Assembly: GCA_964490395.1 (NCBI GenBank)
Contig: CAZBAS010000003.1
Location: 120,293 to 184,292, forward strand
Length of the DNA: 64,000 nucleotides
Reading direction: 5' to 3'
Source: an uncultured Candidatus Saccharibacteria bacterium
Lineage (GTDB): Bacteria; Patescibacteriota; Doudnabacteria; UBA920
Part shown: positions 9,056 through 17,096 of the stretch, piece after piece
How positions within the stretch are numbered: position 1 is the stretch's first letter
Layout of the letters: the number at the start of each line of letters is the position of its first letter
Notes under the pieces: model-generated
Databases searched by the model: none
The model's input: only the letters and a program-made list of their open reading frames with translations
What the model was told of the DNA's origin: nothing
Made by a program: the position numbers and the translations under genes

Positions 9056-9817
9056 ATGGGTACGTTTCTCCTGTGTGTTGCTGCTGCACATTCCTGGCAG
9101 TGGAACACTCACAGTATTGCAGGCCTGGCCGCTTTGGTGATCATGGCCGCACACTTTGGTTGGTACCTACTGGCCTTGTTCAAAAGCGGGAAGTGGGCAG
9201 TTTCATTCCACCGTTGGTCAGTTGCGGCTTGGGCGGTTTGGCTCGTGGCATTTGTGTCCGGCATTCCAGTCGGAGTGTGGGCACAATTATGGATCGCCGC
9301 TTCAATTACAGCGATGACGTGGTTTAGTTGGCGGCTGGCGGTAAAGCTTTATGTGCCACCTAAGATGGTCCGGGCAACATTGCTGGATCAGATTGAAGTG
9401 CTGGATGCCTCGGTCAAGCAACGGCGCTACTCCTGTGGGCACGATGCATCGAAGACGTTCAGGGTTTCATTCTACGGACAAGTGAGCAAGTTGTTCAAGC
9501 GTGCTCGCAAGTGCCCTGACTGTTTCATTGCAGAAGTTTCCCCGCACGTTATCCGCTGTGTCTTGTGCGGCGACCCGATTTTTCCTGGCGATGGGGTCGC
9601 GTTATATGCACCAGACAATACCATGAGGCTGGATATCGCCACCACTCTTCCCGATGGTCAGGTCATCGGCTGTATGGGTTGGGACTGTTGTGACTGCGGC
9701 GCGTTCTTCGCTGGCAACTGGTCAGTGGAAGGGTTTGTGCCCAGGTTTGGAGGCAGAACCGCGGGACAAGAGGCAATGGCTACAGGAAACACCATCGTAG
9801 TCAACCAAATAAGTTAG
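9056..9817 (+). CDS. membrane protein with a cysteine-rich C-terminal domain
   Basis: Four transmembrane helices are followed by several CxxC motifs (CPDCF, CVLCGD, CMGWDCCDCG). The gene is GC-rich and its function is unknown. Confidence 0.5.
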   Translation: MGTFLLCVAAAHSWQWNTHSIAGLAALVIMAAHFGWYLLALFKSGKWAVSFHRWSVAAWAVWLVAFVSGIPVGVWAQLWIAASITAMTWFSWRLAVKLYVPPKMVRATLLDQIEVLDASVKQRRYSCGHDASKTFRVSFYGQVSKLFKRARKCPDCFIAEVSPHVIRCVLCGDPIFPGDGVALYAPDNTMRLDIATTLPDGQVIGCMGWDCCDCGAFFAGNWSVEGFVPRFGGRTAGQEAMATGNTIVVNQIS

Positions 9818-9911
9818 CAATCGCCAAAACTTAAATTTTCAGGACAAGTGTCCACCGCTGCGAAGAAAGGCGCAGCGGTTTTTTATTGTGCGAATATATT
9901 CGTATATATAC

Positions 9912-9943
9912 AAAAAGAACGTACAAGTTAGTACGTTCTTTTT
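9912..9943. terminator. bidirectional hairpin terminator
   Basis: aaaaagaacgtac aagtta gtacgttcttttt is a perfect 13-bp stem flanked by A and T runs. Confidence 0.6.
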
Positions 9944-9946
9944 GTA

Positions 9947-10216
9947 TGGTGGGCCGAGTAGGATTCGAACCTACGAAGGCATAAGCCAGCTGATTTCAAT
10001 TTTCTCGGAGTTTCCTCTGAGGATCGGACTATATCTTCACCGTGATCAGTATGATGGTAGGTGTTTCGGTATCTAGTCTCTACGGCGCTCCCCGGCAGTG
10101 TGCCAGAGTTCCCACGGTATTACCATATTTACCTTAGTAAATTTAGGCTTCACCGTTATCCCGAAAAGTTCACTTTAGCGTTTCCACTAAAGGCTGCAAT
10201 TGTTTACAGTCAGCCC
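9947..10216 (-). ncRNA. candidate tmRNA (ssrA-like): a tRNA-like 3' terminus whose 5' acceptor partner lies 260 nt upstream
   Basis: On the minus strand the RNA ends GUAGG-UUCGAAU-CCUAC-UCGGCCC-A-CCA, which is a T-arm, a 3' acceptor strand, a discriminator and an encoded CCA. No anticodon or variable arm precedes the T-arm, unlike a tRNA. The complementary 5' strand GGGCUGA lies at plus-strand positions 10210-10216. No canonical -LAA tag ORF was found, so the call is tentative. Confidence 0.4.
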
Positions 10217-10246
10217 CCGTTGACCGCTTGGGTATCGACCCGCGTT

Positions 10247-10846
10247 TTACGCGGTAAGGTCAGTGAGTAATGCTTTGCATTCGGTCAATATTTCTTCAAG
10301 CAGTTTTTTATCGCTGTACCTAATATGGATTACGCCTTGAGGCATTGTTCGGTTTAAGCGCGTGCCCTGATTCTGGCGAACGTAGGGCTTTGTAAACTGA
10401 TTTTTAGAAACTTTAAGGGCTTTCGCCCAGTAATTGATTAGTCCCGTGGGACTATCTTCAGAAAAGCAATACAGGTAAAATCTTAGCTTATTTTCGTCTA
10501 TTTGGCAAATCTCTCTGAGGAATTTAAGGAACAATTTTATTGCTGGCATGGATGAGTTGGCAAGGTCTACGGTATTGCCAGTTTTGGCACCTTCGCCCCA
10601 GTAGAGCATTAAGGCGGCTATTTGGAGGTGTCGTTGTGGGGGAGTCAGCTTACTGACAATACTGTAGGTCTTGGGTGTCTGGAGAAATCGAAGTTTGTTT
10701 TGCTCGGTCTGGCTACGCATGCGCACTTTGGCCCTTCTGAGGATTCGATACACAGTGTGTATCGCCACGCCAGTTTCTCTGGCGATTGCAGGGGTGCTTC
10801 TGCCAGCGTTGTACAATGTAGTTATTTTTTCTGTATCAATCTCCAT
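10247..10846 (-). CDS. helix-turn-helix DNA-binding protein with a C-terminal domain of unknown function
   Basis: The N-terminal HTH reads LYNAGRSTPAIARETGVAIHTVYRIL. The weak LYWGEGAK similarity to LAGLIDADG is not convincing. Confidence 0.5.
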   Translation of the reverse strand: MEIDTEKITTLYNAGRSTPAIARETGVAIHTVYRILRRAKVRMRSQTEQNKLRFLQTPKTYSIVSKLTPPQRHLQIAALMLYWGEGAKTGNTVDLANSSMPAIKLFLKFLREICQIDENKLRFYLYCFSEDSPTGLINYWAKALKVSKNQFTKPYVRQNQGTRLNRTMPQGVIHIRYSDKKLLEEILTECKALLTDLTA

Positions 10847-10868
10847 AGCATTATTATAACATAAGACA

Positions 10869-10886
10869 AGCTGATAATTATCAGCT
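10869..10886. promoter_or_regulatory. perfect 18-bp palindrome AGCTGATAATTATCAGCT in a divergent promoter region
   Basis: It lies between the divergently transcribed HTH gene (minus strand) and the 10983 gene (plus strand) and is a likely operator. Confidence 0.35.
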
Positions 10887-10982
10887 TAGCATTACAAATG
10901 CTCACCTCCTGTTTCCTCTAACTGGTTTTATCTTTACTGCTCATGCTATACTGAATGTACCTTTTAATACATTTAAGCGTCC

Positions 10983-11576
10983 ATGCAGCCGCATTTTCCT
11001 CAAGCCTTACTCGAAGATACCCCAGAAGCGGATATAATTAGTTTTTTGTTATTTGCTCCGCCAAGAACCTTTAGCGCTCGTGAACTTGGAGTCCGACTTG
11101 GTCTCCGACCTAATAAATTAGTAGATAGCCTTGCCCGTTTGGTGGAGGGTGGTCAGCTTGTTACCTGTAGTAGAGGATCCATTCGCTACTACCGTTTGAA
11201 TCAGAAGCATAGATTTTACCCAGAGGTCCGTGAGGCGCTCATGGAACGGGGGAAAGACTACGAAGACGAACTATTTGCAGCTCTGAAAAAACTTGGTGCT
11301 AAAGCCGCCTTCCTGAGCGGTCTGTTTGTAGGAAAGCCTGAGCTAGAGGTGGACATGCTTATAGTGGGTAGTGTAAAAGAAGATAAGCTTAAGGCATTCA
11401 TAGAGGCGTGTGAACACATGATGGGGCAGGAGATAAACTACTGCATTATGGAAGAAGCGGAGTTTGTTGTTCGCCGCGACACTTTTGATAGGTTTATAAA
11501 AGATATCTTTGATTATCCGTACATTACCGTAGTAGATACTATTCAGCAGAAAAAGACACAAAAGCAGACAGCGTAA
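10983..11576 (+). CDS. winged-HTH plus minimal nucleotidyltransferase (Pol-beta superfamily)-like protein
   Basis: FSARELGVRLGLRPNKLVDSLARLVEGGQLV looks like a winged HTH. GLFVGKPELEVDMLIVGS resembles the MNT motif G..G....SD.D with E.D in place of D.D. Confidence 0.45.
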   Translation: MQPHFPQALLEDTPEADIISFLLFAPPRTFSARELGVRLGLRPNKLVDSLARLVEGGQLVTCSRGSIRYYRLNQKHRFYPEVREALMERGKDYEDELFAALKKLGAKAAFLSGLFVGKPELEVDMLIVGSVKEDKLKAFIEACEHMMGQEINYCIMEEAEFVVRRDTFDRFIKDIFDYPYITVVDTIQQKKTQKQTA

Positions 11577-11602
11577 ATGGACTTTGTGGATAACTTAAAC
11601 TT

Positions 11603-11626
11603 CCCCTCACATTTGAGGGGATTTTA
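11603..11626 (+). terminator. Rho-independent terminator
   Basis: cccctcacatttgaggggatttt. Confidence 0.55.
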
Positions 11627-11642
11627 TATTATTGACGTATAG

Positions 11643-11680
11643 TGAACGATCGTTTATTATACACGTGTACGAACGTTTAG
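11643..11680. promoter_or_regulatory. candidate SOS (Cheo-type GAAC-N4-GTTC) box region upstream of the four-helix-bundle and lexA gene pair
   Basis: gtGAACgatcGTTTat is followed by tacacgtgtaCGAACGTTT. The match is imperfect. Confidence 0.25.
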
Positions 11681-11822
11681 TTACTGGTTACAAGACATCA
11701 ATTGTAAATTCAAAAAATGCAATGTCTGGGGTCGGCTGGCATTTGTCAGGACTGCAGAGCCAAGTCTTAGTAACCAGTAATTATTGCGCAAGATTTGAAT
11801 TACGAAGTATGAATTAAGAATT

Positions 11823-12215
11823 ATGCAATCGCACGAACAGAATAAAATTGAGAAGTTTACAGATTTGAATGCATGGCGAGAAGCGCATAATTTGGTTCTA
11901 AAGACTTATGTTGTTATTAAGGATTTTCCTAAGGATGAGTTATTTGGCCTTACGAGTCAGCTAAGACGTGCAGTAGTTTCCATAACGTCGAATATTGCCG
12001 AGGCGTTCAGTAGAAATTCCTTTAAAGAAAAGTTACAATTTTGGGCTATAAGTTTAGGTTCTTTAACAGAAGTCCAAAATCAGTTAATTATAGCTCGAGA
12101 TGTAGGTTATTTGAGTCCACAAGACTACGAAGCCCTGAACAGTCAGTCCATAGTTGCTAGTAAGTTAATCAATGGTTTAATCAAGAAAACTAAAGTAATT
12201 ATTCATAATTCGTAA
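11823..12215 (+). CDS. four-helix-bundle protein (23S rRNA intervening-sequence / Avd-like family), paralogue 1
   Basis: It has the family signature FGLTSQLRRAVVSITSNIAEAFSR. It is about 40% identical to the paralogues at 12879, 13880 and 32497. Confidence 0.8.
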   Translation: MQSHEQNKIEKFTDLNAWREAHNLVLKTYVVIKDFPKDELFGLTSQLRRAVVSITSNIAEAFSRNSFKEKLQFWAISLGSLTEVQNQLIIARDVGYLSPQDYEALNSQSIVASKLINGLIKKTKVIIHNS

Positions 12216-12239
12216 TTCAGTATTCATAATTCAAACTCT

Positions 12240-12857
12240 ATGAGCAAAGATATTACAGGTAGACAAAAAGAATTACTACAATTCATCATAAAACAGGTGC
12301 GAGAGCACAATCTGCCACCGTCTATTTCTGAAATGGCAACTTTTCTTAAAGTGAGCTCCAAGAATGCAGTAGCTAAACTGCTCAATGCTCTGGAAGAAGC
12401 GGGCTACATAAAAACAGACGGTCGTGCGCGCGGTATAACCATATTAGATGCTTTGGGGGATACTCTAGAAAAAGGACTAATTCGCGTACCACTTCTTGGG
12501 CGCATTCAAGCTGGTGTACCGCACATGGCAGAAGAGCAAATAGAAGAGTGGGTTAACTTACCGCAAACTCTGGTAAAGGGTCGTAGAGATGTATTCCTGC
12601 TTAAAGTTCGCGGTGAAAGTATGATAAATGCTGGAATTTACGAAGGGGACCTAGTTATAGTTCGTCCCACCAAAGAAGCAAAGAATACAGATATAGTGGT
12701 GGCTCTTCTGCATGACGAAGCAACGGTGAAGCGACTTATATATGTAAAGAACCGAGCATACCTTAAAGCGGAAAATCCTGAATTCCCAAATATCTATCCT
12801 AAAGAAGAGTGGACCATACAAGGTAAAGTAGTCGGCGTTATCCGAAACCTAGAATAG
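12240..12857 (+). CDS. lexA: LexA repressor (S24 peptidase)
   Basis: An N-terminal winged HTH is followed by a C-terminal VRGESM (Ser) and VKRL (Lys) dyad. The fold motif GDLVIV is present. Confidence 0.9.
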   Translation: MSKDITGRQKELLQFIIKQVREHNLPPSISEMATFLKVSSKNAVAKLLNALEEAGYIKTDGRARGITILDALGDTLEKGLIRVPLLGRIQAGVPHMAEEQIEEWVNLPQTLVKGRRDVFLLKVRGESMINAGIYEGDLVIVRPTKEAKNTDIVVALLHDEATVKRLIYVKNRAYLKAENPEFPNIYPKEEWTIQGKVVGVIRNLE

Positions 12858-12878
12858 TAGTCAGAATATAGTAGTCGG

Positions 12879-13256
12879 TTGTCAGTTAATACGATCTGTA
12901 TGACCATACTCAAGTTTGAAGATATCCTTGCCTGGAAAAAGGCGCATGAGCTAACTCTTATGGTCTACGCACTCACTAAGGATTTCCCCCGAGAAGAGAT
13001 ATTCGGTCTAACTAGCCAGATTCGCGGGGCTGCGGTATCCGTTCCATCAAATATAGCCGAAGGGTTTAAGCGCAGAACCAAGAGCGACTCAATTCACTTT
13101 TATAATATTGCCCAAGGTTCATTGGAAGAAGCTAAATATCAGTTATTGCTCGCGCGCGACTTGGGTTATATACGAAATTCAGATTTTGATCTCAGTGCTG
13201 TTATTACAGATGAGGCAGGTAGATTGCTTGCCGGTTGGATTAGAAACGCTAAATAG
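12879..13256 (+). CDS. four-helix-bundle protein (IVS/Avd-like), paralogue 2
   Basis: FGLTSQIRGAAVSVPSNIAEGFKRR. Confidence 0.8.
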   Translation: MSVNTICMTILKFEDILAWKKAHELTLMVYALTKDFPREEIFGLTSQIRGAAVSVPSNIAEGFKRRTKSDSIHFYNIAQGSLEEAKYQLLLARDLGYIRNSDFDLSAVITDEAGRLLAGWIRNAK

Positions 13257-13350
13257 TACTAACAACTAACAACTGACTACTTACAACTTAATTAATTCCC
13301 CTGCGGTCGTCAGGGTCGTGTTAAACATTCTCTAAATTAAATTTACGTAT

Positions 13351-13842
13351 ATGCAATTAGATTTACAACTACAACAATTAAATGGTTTTTTTGGGACCGC
13401 TGCGTTGGCTACCTATGCCGGTAATAGTGGGTACGCAAAACCAATTAATAAGGGTTTTAAAGAGATGGAATATCGGGAAAACGACTGGTATTACCGTGAC
13501 AGCTATTGTGGCTTCTTTAAATCGTGGGGCAAAGAAACAGTGTGGTTCAAAGAAAAGCCTGTTTGGGTACAAAACTATGGAGGTGGCATGAACACCGAGT
13601 ACCAAGGCAATGAAAGTTTTGCTAAGCGCACATTTAGTTTTCTTAAGTCCGCGCTTGCTGCCGGCAAAAAGAGTGAAGTGTTTCAACCGCGCGGCCCGAA
13701 ACAGTACAAAAAAGGTAATTGGAGATACGAAACAGACCTAGATGGCGGCATTCAAAAGTTCAATGGTTTTGAAAAAATATTTTATAAAGATAAATTAGTA
13801 TTTACCCACCGCTATTTCGGCGGAGTTGTCATAGACAGGTAG
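13351..13842 (+). CDS. hypothetical protein, rich in aromatic and Gly residues
   Basis: It is an intact 163-aa ORF between two four-helix-bundle genes. No motif was recognised. Confidence 0.45.
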   Translation: MQLDLQLQQLNGFFGTAALATYAGNSGYAKPINKGFKEMEYRENDWYYRDSYCGFFKSWGKETVWFKEKPVWVQNYGGGMNTEYQGNESFAKRTFSFLKSALAAGKKSEVFQPRGPKQYKKGNWRYETDLDGGIQKFNGFEKIFYKDKLVFTHRYFGGVVIDR

Positions 13843-13879
13843 TTCATAAAGTTTATAAAGTCCATAAAGTAAATGCAAT

Positions 13880-14224
13880 ATGAAAATTAATAATTTCGAA
13901 GATATTATTGCATGGCAAAAAAGCAAAGACCTGGGGCTTCGACTTTATAAATCTTTTGGCAGACACGCCGATTATGGTTTTAGGGACCAAATACTTCGAG
14001 CGGTCATAAGCATTGCGAATAATATTGCGGAGGGCTTTGAAAGGCGGAGCAATAAAGAATTAAGGCAATTTCTGTTCATTGCAAAAGGATCGTGCGGTGA
14101 AGTTCGGTCTATGCTCTACTTCGCTTCTGAACTGGGTTATATAACATCCGCAGAGCTCGATAGCTATATGGATTCCTCTATAGAAATATCTAAATTATTA
14201 TCTGGATTTATTAAAACTTTATAA
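13880..14224 (+). CDS. four-helix-bundle protein (IVS/Avd-like), paralogue 3
   Basis: ILRAVISIANNIAEGFERRSNKE. Confidence 0.8.
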   Translation: MKINNFEDIIAWQKSKDLGLRLYKSFGRHADYGFRDQILRAVISIANNIAEGFERRSNKELRQFLFIAKGSCGEVRSMLYFASELGYITSAELDSYMDSSIEISKLLSGFIKTL

Positions 14225-14261
14225 ACTTTAAGAACTTTATTAACTTTTAACTTAAAAATAT

Positions 14262-14456
14262 ATGTCAGAAATGGAACTGACCAAACAAAATATAGTAAGT
14301 CAATTGCGCCGGTTGTGCGCACACTGCAATGCTGGACAGCAAGTGCCCCATCGTTGCACGGTTAAAGAAATAGCGCTTCGCGTACAGGCAATTCGCGGTA
14401 TTCCACTTATTGTAAATGACGAGTTTCGTGGTGTGCTCAACCCTTCATATCGCTAG
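14262..14456 (+). CDS. small hypothetical protein (64 aa)
   Basis: It is an ORF with the Cys/His pattern CAHCN..HRC. Confidence 0.3.
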   Translation: MSEMELTKQNIVSQLRRLCAHCNAGQQVPHRCTVKEIALRVQAIRGIPLIVNDEFRGVLNPSYR

Positions 14457-14460
14457 TATG

Positions 14461-14552
14461 GTCTGTCATCCCGCTCAGCGGGATGCTAACCACGCTGAGC
14501 GTGGTCATTCCCGCACATGCGGGAATCCAGTGTCGCTATCCCAGCGACACAG
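14461..14552. repeat. cluster of four consecutive short GC hairpins
   Basis: catcccgctcagcgggatg, accacgctgagcgtggt, cattcccgcacatgcgggaatc and gtgtcgctatcccagcgacac. The stems resemble the termini of the TGTCATTCCGG MITE-like family. Confidence 0.5.
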
Positions 14553-14606
14553 CCAAAGCTCTTAGTTTAGTTTGTAAATTATTTTGTTCTTAACACAAAA
14601 AAGTAT

Positions 14607-14870
14607 ATGCAAACATCTACAGTGCAGTACAAGTACAGTACTCGAACGCAAGGCTGGGTGGCTCGCGAAAAACCAGCATCGTACGCTGGTCGTGAAGATG
14701 CGTTATTGCTGGAGTTTAAAAAAGAAAGCATTGCCTTAGCGCAGCAAATATGGGAACTTGCAAATTTAGATACTAAAATTACTCCCATGGAGGAAGCAAA
14801 ACTAGTATTTAAACTGGAAGCCATTCTAGATATGCGCCGTGAACTAGTAAAAGAGGCGGGTACCAAATAA
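14607..14870 (+). CDS. hypothetical small protein (87 aa)
   Basis: ORF only. Confidence 0.35.
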   Translation: MQTSTVQYKYSTRTQGWVAREKPASYAGREDALLLEFKKESIALAQQIWELANLDTKITPMEEAKLVFKLEAILDMRRELVKEAGTK

Positions 14871-14943
14871 CAAAAATAGCCATAAAAGGCTATTTTTGCT
14901 GTATCAGGCCGACATGCTATTATATTTATAATCTTCCAATCAT

Positions 14944-15171
14944 ATGGAACTTACTAAAGAATATTTGGATAAACACTATCAAGAGCTTAACGAATTTCTC
15001 AGCGAACAGTTTGAGAAGGTTTTTGCTCGTTTCGATGAAATGGCCGCCAAAGCGGAGCTAGCGGCCCTGGAGAGAAAAACAACCGAGGGATTTGCAGAAC
15101 AATCTATTAAACTTGGTTTTATCCAAGCAGGCATAGCGATATTGAGAAAGGACTTAGAAGCCTTGGCCTAA
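14944..15171 (+). CDS. hypothetical coiled-coil protein that may continue by a +1 frameshift to 15280
   Basis: The stop at 15169-15171 is followed by an overlapping open frame reading KRTKDDDNAFTKELIKLKSRIDALERKVQALKKQHA, which ends at the terminator. Confidence 0.35.
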   Translation: MELTKEYLDKHYQELNEFLSEQFEKVFARFDEMAAKAELAALERKTTEGFAEQSIKLGFIQAGIAILRKDLEALA

Positions 15172-15264
15172 GCGCACCAAAGATGATGATAATGCTTTTA
15201 CCAAAGAACTTATTAAGTTGAAAAGTCGTATAGATGCTCTTGAGCGTAAGGTCCAAGCCCTCAA

Positions 15265-15297
15265 AAAACAACACGCCTAAATCGGCGTGTTGTTTTA
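15265..15297 (+). terminator. Rho-independent terminator
   Basis: aacaacacgcc taaat cggcgtgttgtttt. Confidence 0.6.
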
Positions 15298-15458
15298 TCT
15301 GTCTATGTACATAGGATTTTTGGTAGACCAACGGCGAACCAAACCGAGCTAGAATATACTAAAGCAATCTTAGAGATTGAGTTTTCCAATAATAATTGAG
15401 GTGTACGAAAAGAGAATGGAAAACTATTTCACGATACTTATAAGCTATTGAAGTAAAA

Positions 15459-16031
15459 ATGACACAAGATATAAAAGATAAGCTAAATAATAAGCTCAGA
15501 AGCCTTCCTTACACTGAAGTGGACGTGGTTTATATTCTCGTTCAAACATATAAAATATTGGAAAGTTCGGATATGCTTGAAAGTTATAAGACCATAAAGT
15601 TTTTCCGAAATTGGTCGTGCCATGCCAAGCTGAATGGCGATGCTGCAAGAATTTTCAAAGATGCTTACACCTTGATCGAAAATCAAAATAGTTTTAAAGA
15701 TCGTTTCGAATTTATCGACGCTTTCACTGATCAGATAAGTATCTGTTTCTCTAAGTATTCATTTAGCAAGTTGAGACAGCAGACGGAAGAATCCTTTGCC
15801 TCTTTAGGTGTCGAGGGTTTAAATTGGGAAGAGTTTAGAAAAAGTCTATACGGGGTCATTCAAGATACTCCGCTAATTGTATTAGATGAACAGAGAGAAG
15901 AAATAATGCGTTTTAAGTGTGTCGATGCCATCTATGATATGGAGCATGATGACATAGAGATTGAAGTCACTACAGAGACTGGCGTAAACGTAAATATTAC
16001 AACGAATGATTTGGCGCTAGAAGATAATTAG
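15459..16031 (+). CDS. hypothetical cytoplasmic protein (190 aa) in an AT-rich cassette
   Basis: It is an intact ORF. Local GC is about 33%, against roughly 48% in the flanking DNA. Confidence 0.5.
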   Translation: MTQDIKDKLNNKLRSLPYTEVDVVYILVQTYKILESSDMLESYKTIKFFRNWSCHAKLNGDAARIFKDAYTLIENQNSFKDRFEFIDAFTDQISICFSKYSFSKLRQQTEESFASLGVEGLNWEEFRKSLYGVIQDTPLIVLDEQREEIMRFKCVDAIYDMEHDDIEIEVTTETGVNVNITTNDLALEDN

Positions 16032-16252
16032 ATTTGCTTAGTAAATTATAAAAGCCTCTAATTATAGGAGCATAAGTCGTCCACCCGTCTTGTTTTCCTC
16101 TACCACTAACAACCTCATCCCCCTGGATGGGTTTTTTAGTTTAGTTTTATTCATGCGAATTGAGTTTTCCAAAATTTTGGTCTGATTGTTGCATTTCTGA
16201 ATTAAGCCTATAATTAAGACAAGTTAGTTTTCATACACATTAGGTATTCAAT

Positions 16253-16996
16253 ATGTTAATTAAACCCGAAGATATTACTTACAAAATTTATTCTAAACTC
16301 ACTGATTTTAGGTCAGGTTTTTTTATTTTGTTTTTAGTTTTCGTGATATGGACCGCCATTGACCCACGTTGGCAGATTGTGGTATCTAGGGAATTATTTA
16401 TCTCGACCCTTAAAGCAATGATAACGATACTACTTGCTATTGGGGGCATCACTGCAAGTTTTGTAACCATAGCAGTAGGGCTAACAAAAAATAAAAAACG
16501 TGTCGAAGTTACCAATCTTTGGTTGGAATTAGCAAAATATATTATATATCCATTCGCGGTAATCGTACTGATCGGTATAATATTATTTTTAACTCAAATA
16601 AATATATCAATTCCCGATACGAATTCTTCTCTCTCCCTGCTTATGTTTTTTGGGTTTCTAGTTGCTAACTCCTTTTTTGTAATTATAAAGGCATCAGAGA
16701 TTCTTATTGATCAAAGTTGGGTTGAGGAGGAGAAGTTTGAACGTCTTAAAAAACTATTCCCCGTTAGCGAACTAAATAAAACTTTTAAACTTCTAAGGTT
16801 TGAACAACAAAGTGGTAGAATTTATATTTATGATTTAATCAGAAGGAAAAGGAATTGGATATACAATTGGAAGACTTTCACCGATTTGGGTTATCCGCCT
16901 GGGAGCTGGCAAGAAATAGATTTGAATAATGTGCCCAATGAGTTTAGGGACTACTTAGACGATGAAGATATAATATCTCCAGATAGTAATAAATGA
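16253..16996 (+). CDS. hypothetical membrane protein with four transmembrane helices and a soluble C-terminal domain, in an AT-rich cassette
   Basis: There are four hydrophobic helices in the N-terminal 150 aa and the C-terminus is charged. Confidence 0.5.
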   Translation: MLIKPEDITYKIYSKLTDFRSGFFILFLVFVIWTAIDPRWQIVVSRELFISTLKAMITILLAIGGITASFVTIAVGLTKNKKRVEVTNLWLELAKYIIYPFAVIVLIGIILFLTQINISIPDTNSSLSLLMFFGFLVANSFFVIIKASEILIDQSWVEEEKFERLKKLFPVSELNKTFKLLRFEQQSGRIYIYDLIRRKRNWIYNWKTFTDLGYPPGSWQEIDLNNVPNEFRDYLDDEDIISPDSNK

Positions 16997-17096
16997 AGAT
17001 CTCTTACCAAAGCCAAAAATGTTTTCCATCTGTCTCGACTTGGTCTACCGAAAATACCGCGTGTGCGGTATTTTTGGTAGCTTCTTTTCAGGTAGG

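Noticed and set aside
9947-10030. A tRNA 3'-half fragment left as an att-site remnant.
   Set aside because: The sequence immediately 5' of the T-arm cannot form an anticodon or variable arm, and a complementary 5' acceptor strand exists 260 nt away. tmRNA-like is more likely but not proven.
10247-10846. A possible LAGLIDADG homing endonuclease, based on LYWGEGAK resembling LAGLIDGDG.
   Set aside because: Only 3 of the 9 motif positions match and the expected downstream acidic and hydrophobic pattern is missing. The gene is kept as an HTH protein of unknown function.
15459-16996. Assigning the AT-rich cassette to a known defence family such as an Abi system.
   Set aside because: Neither protein has a motif I recognise. 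It is kept as an unclassified candidate.
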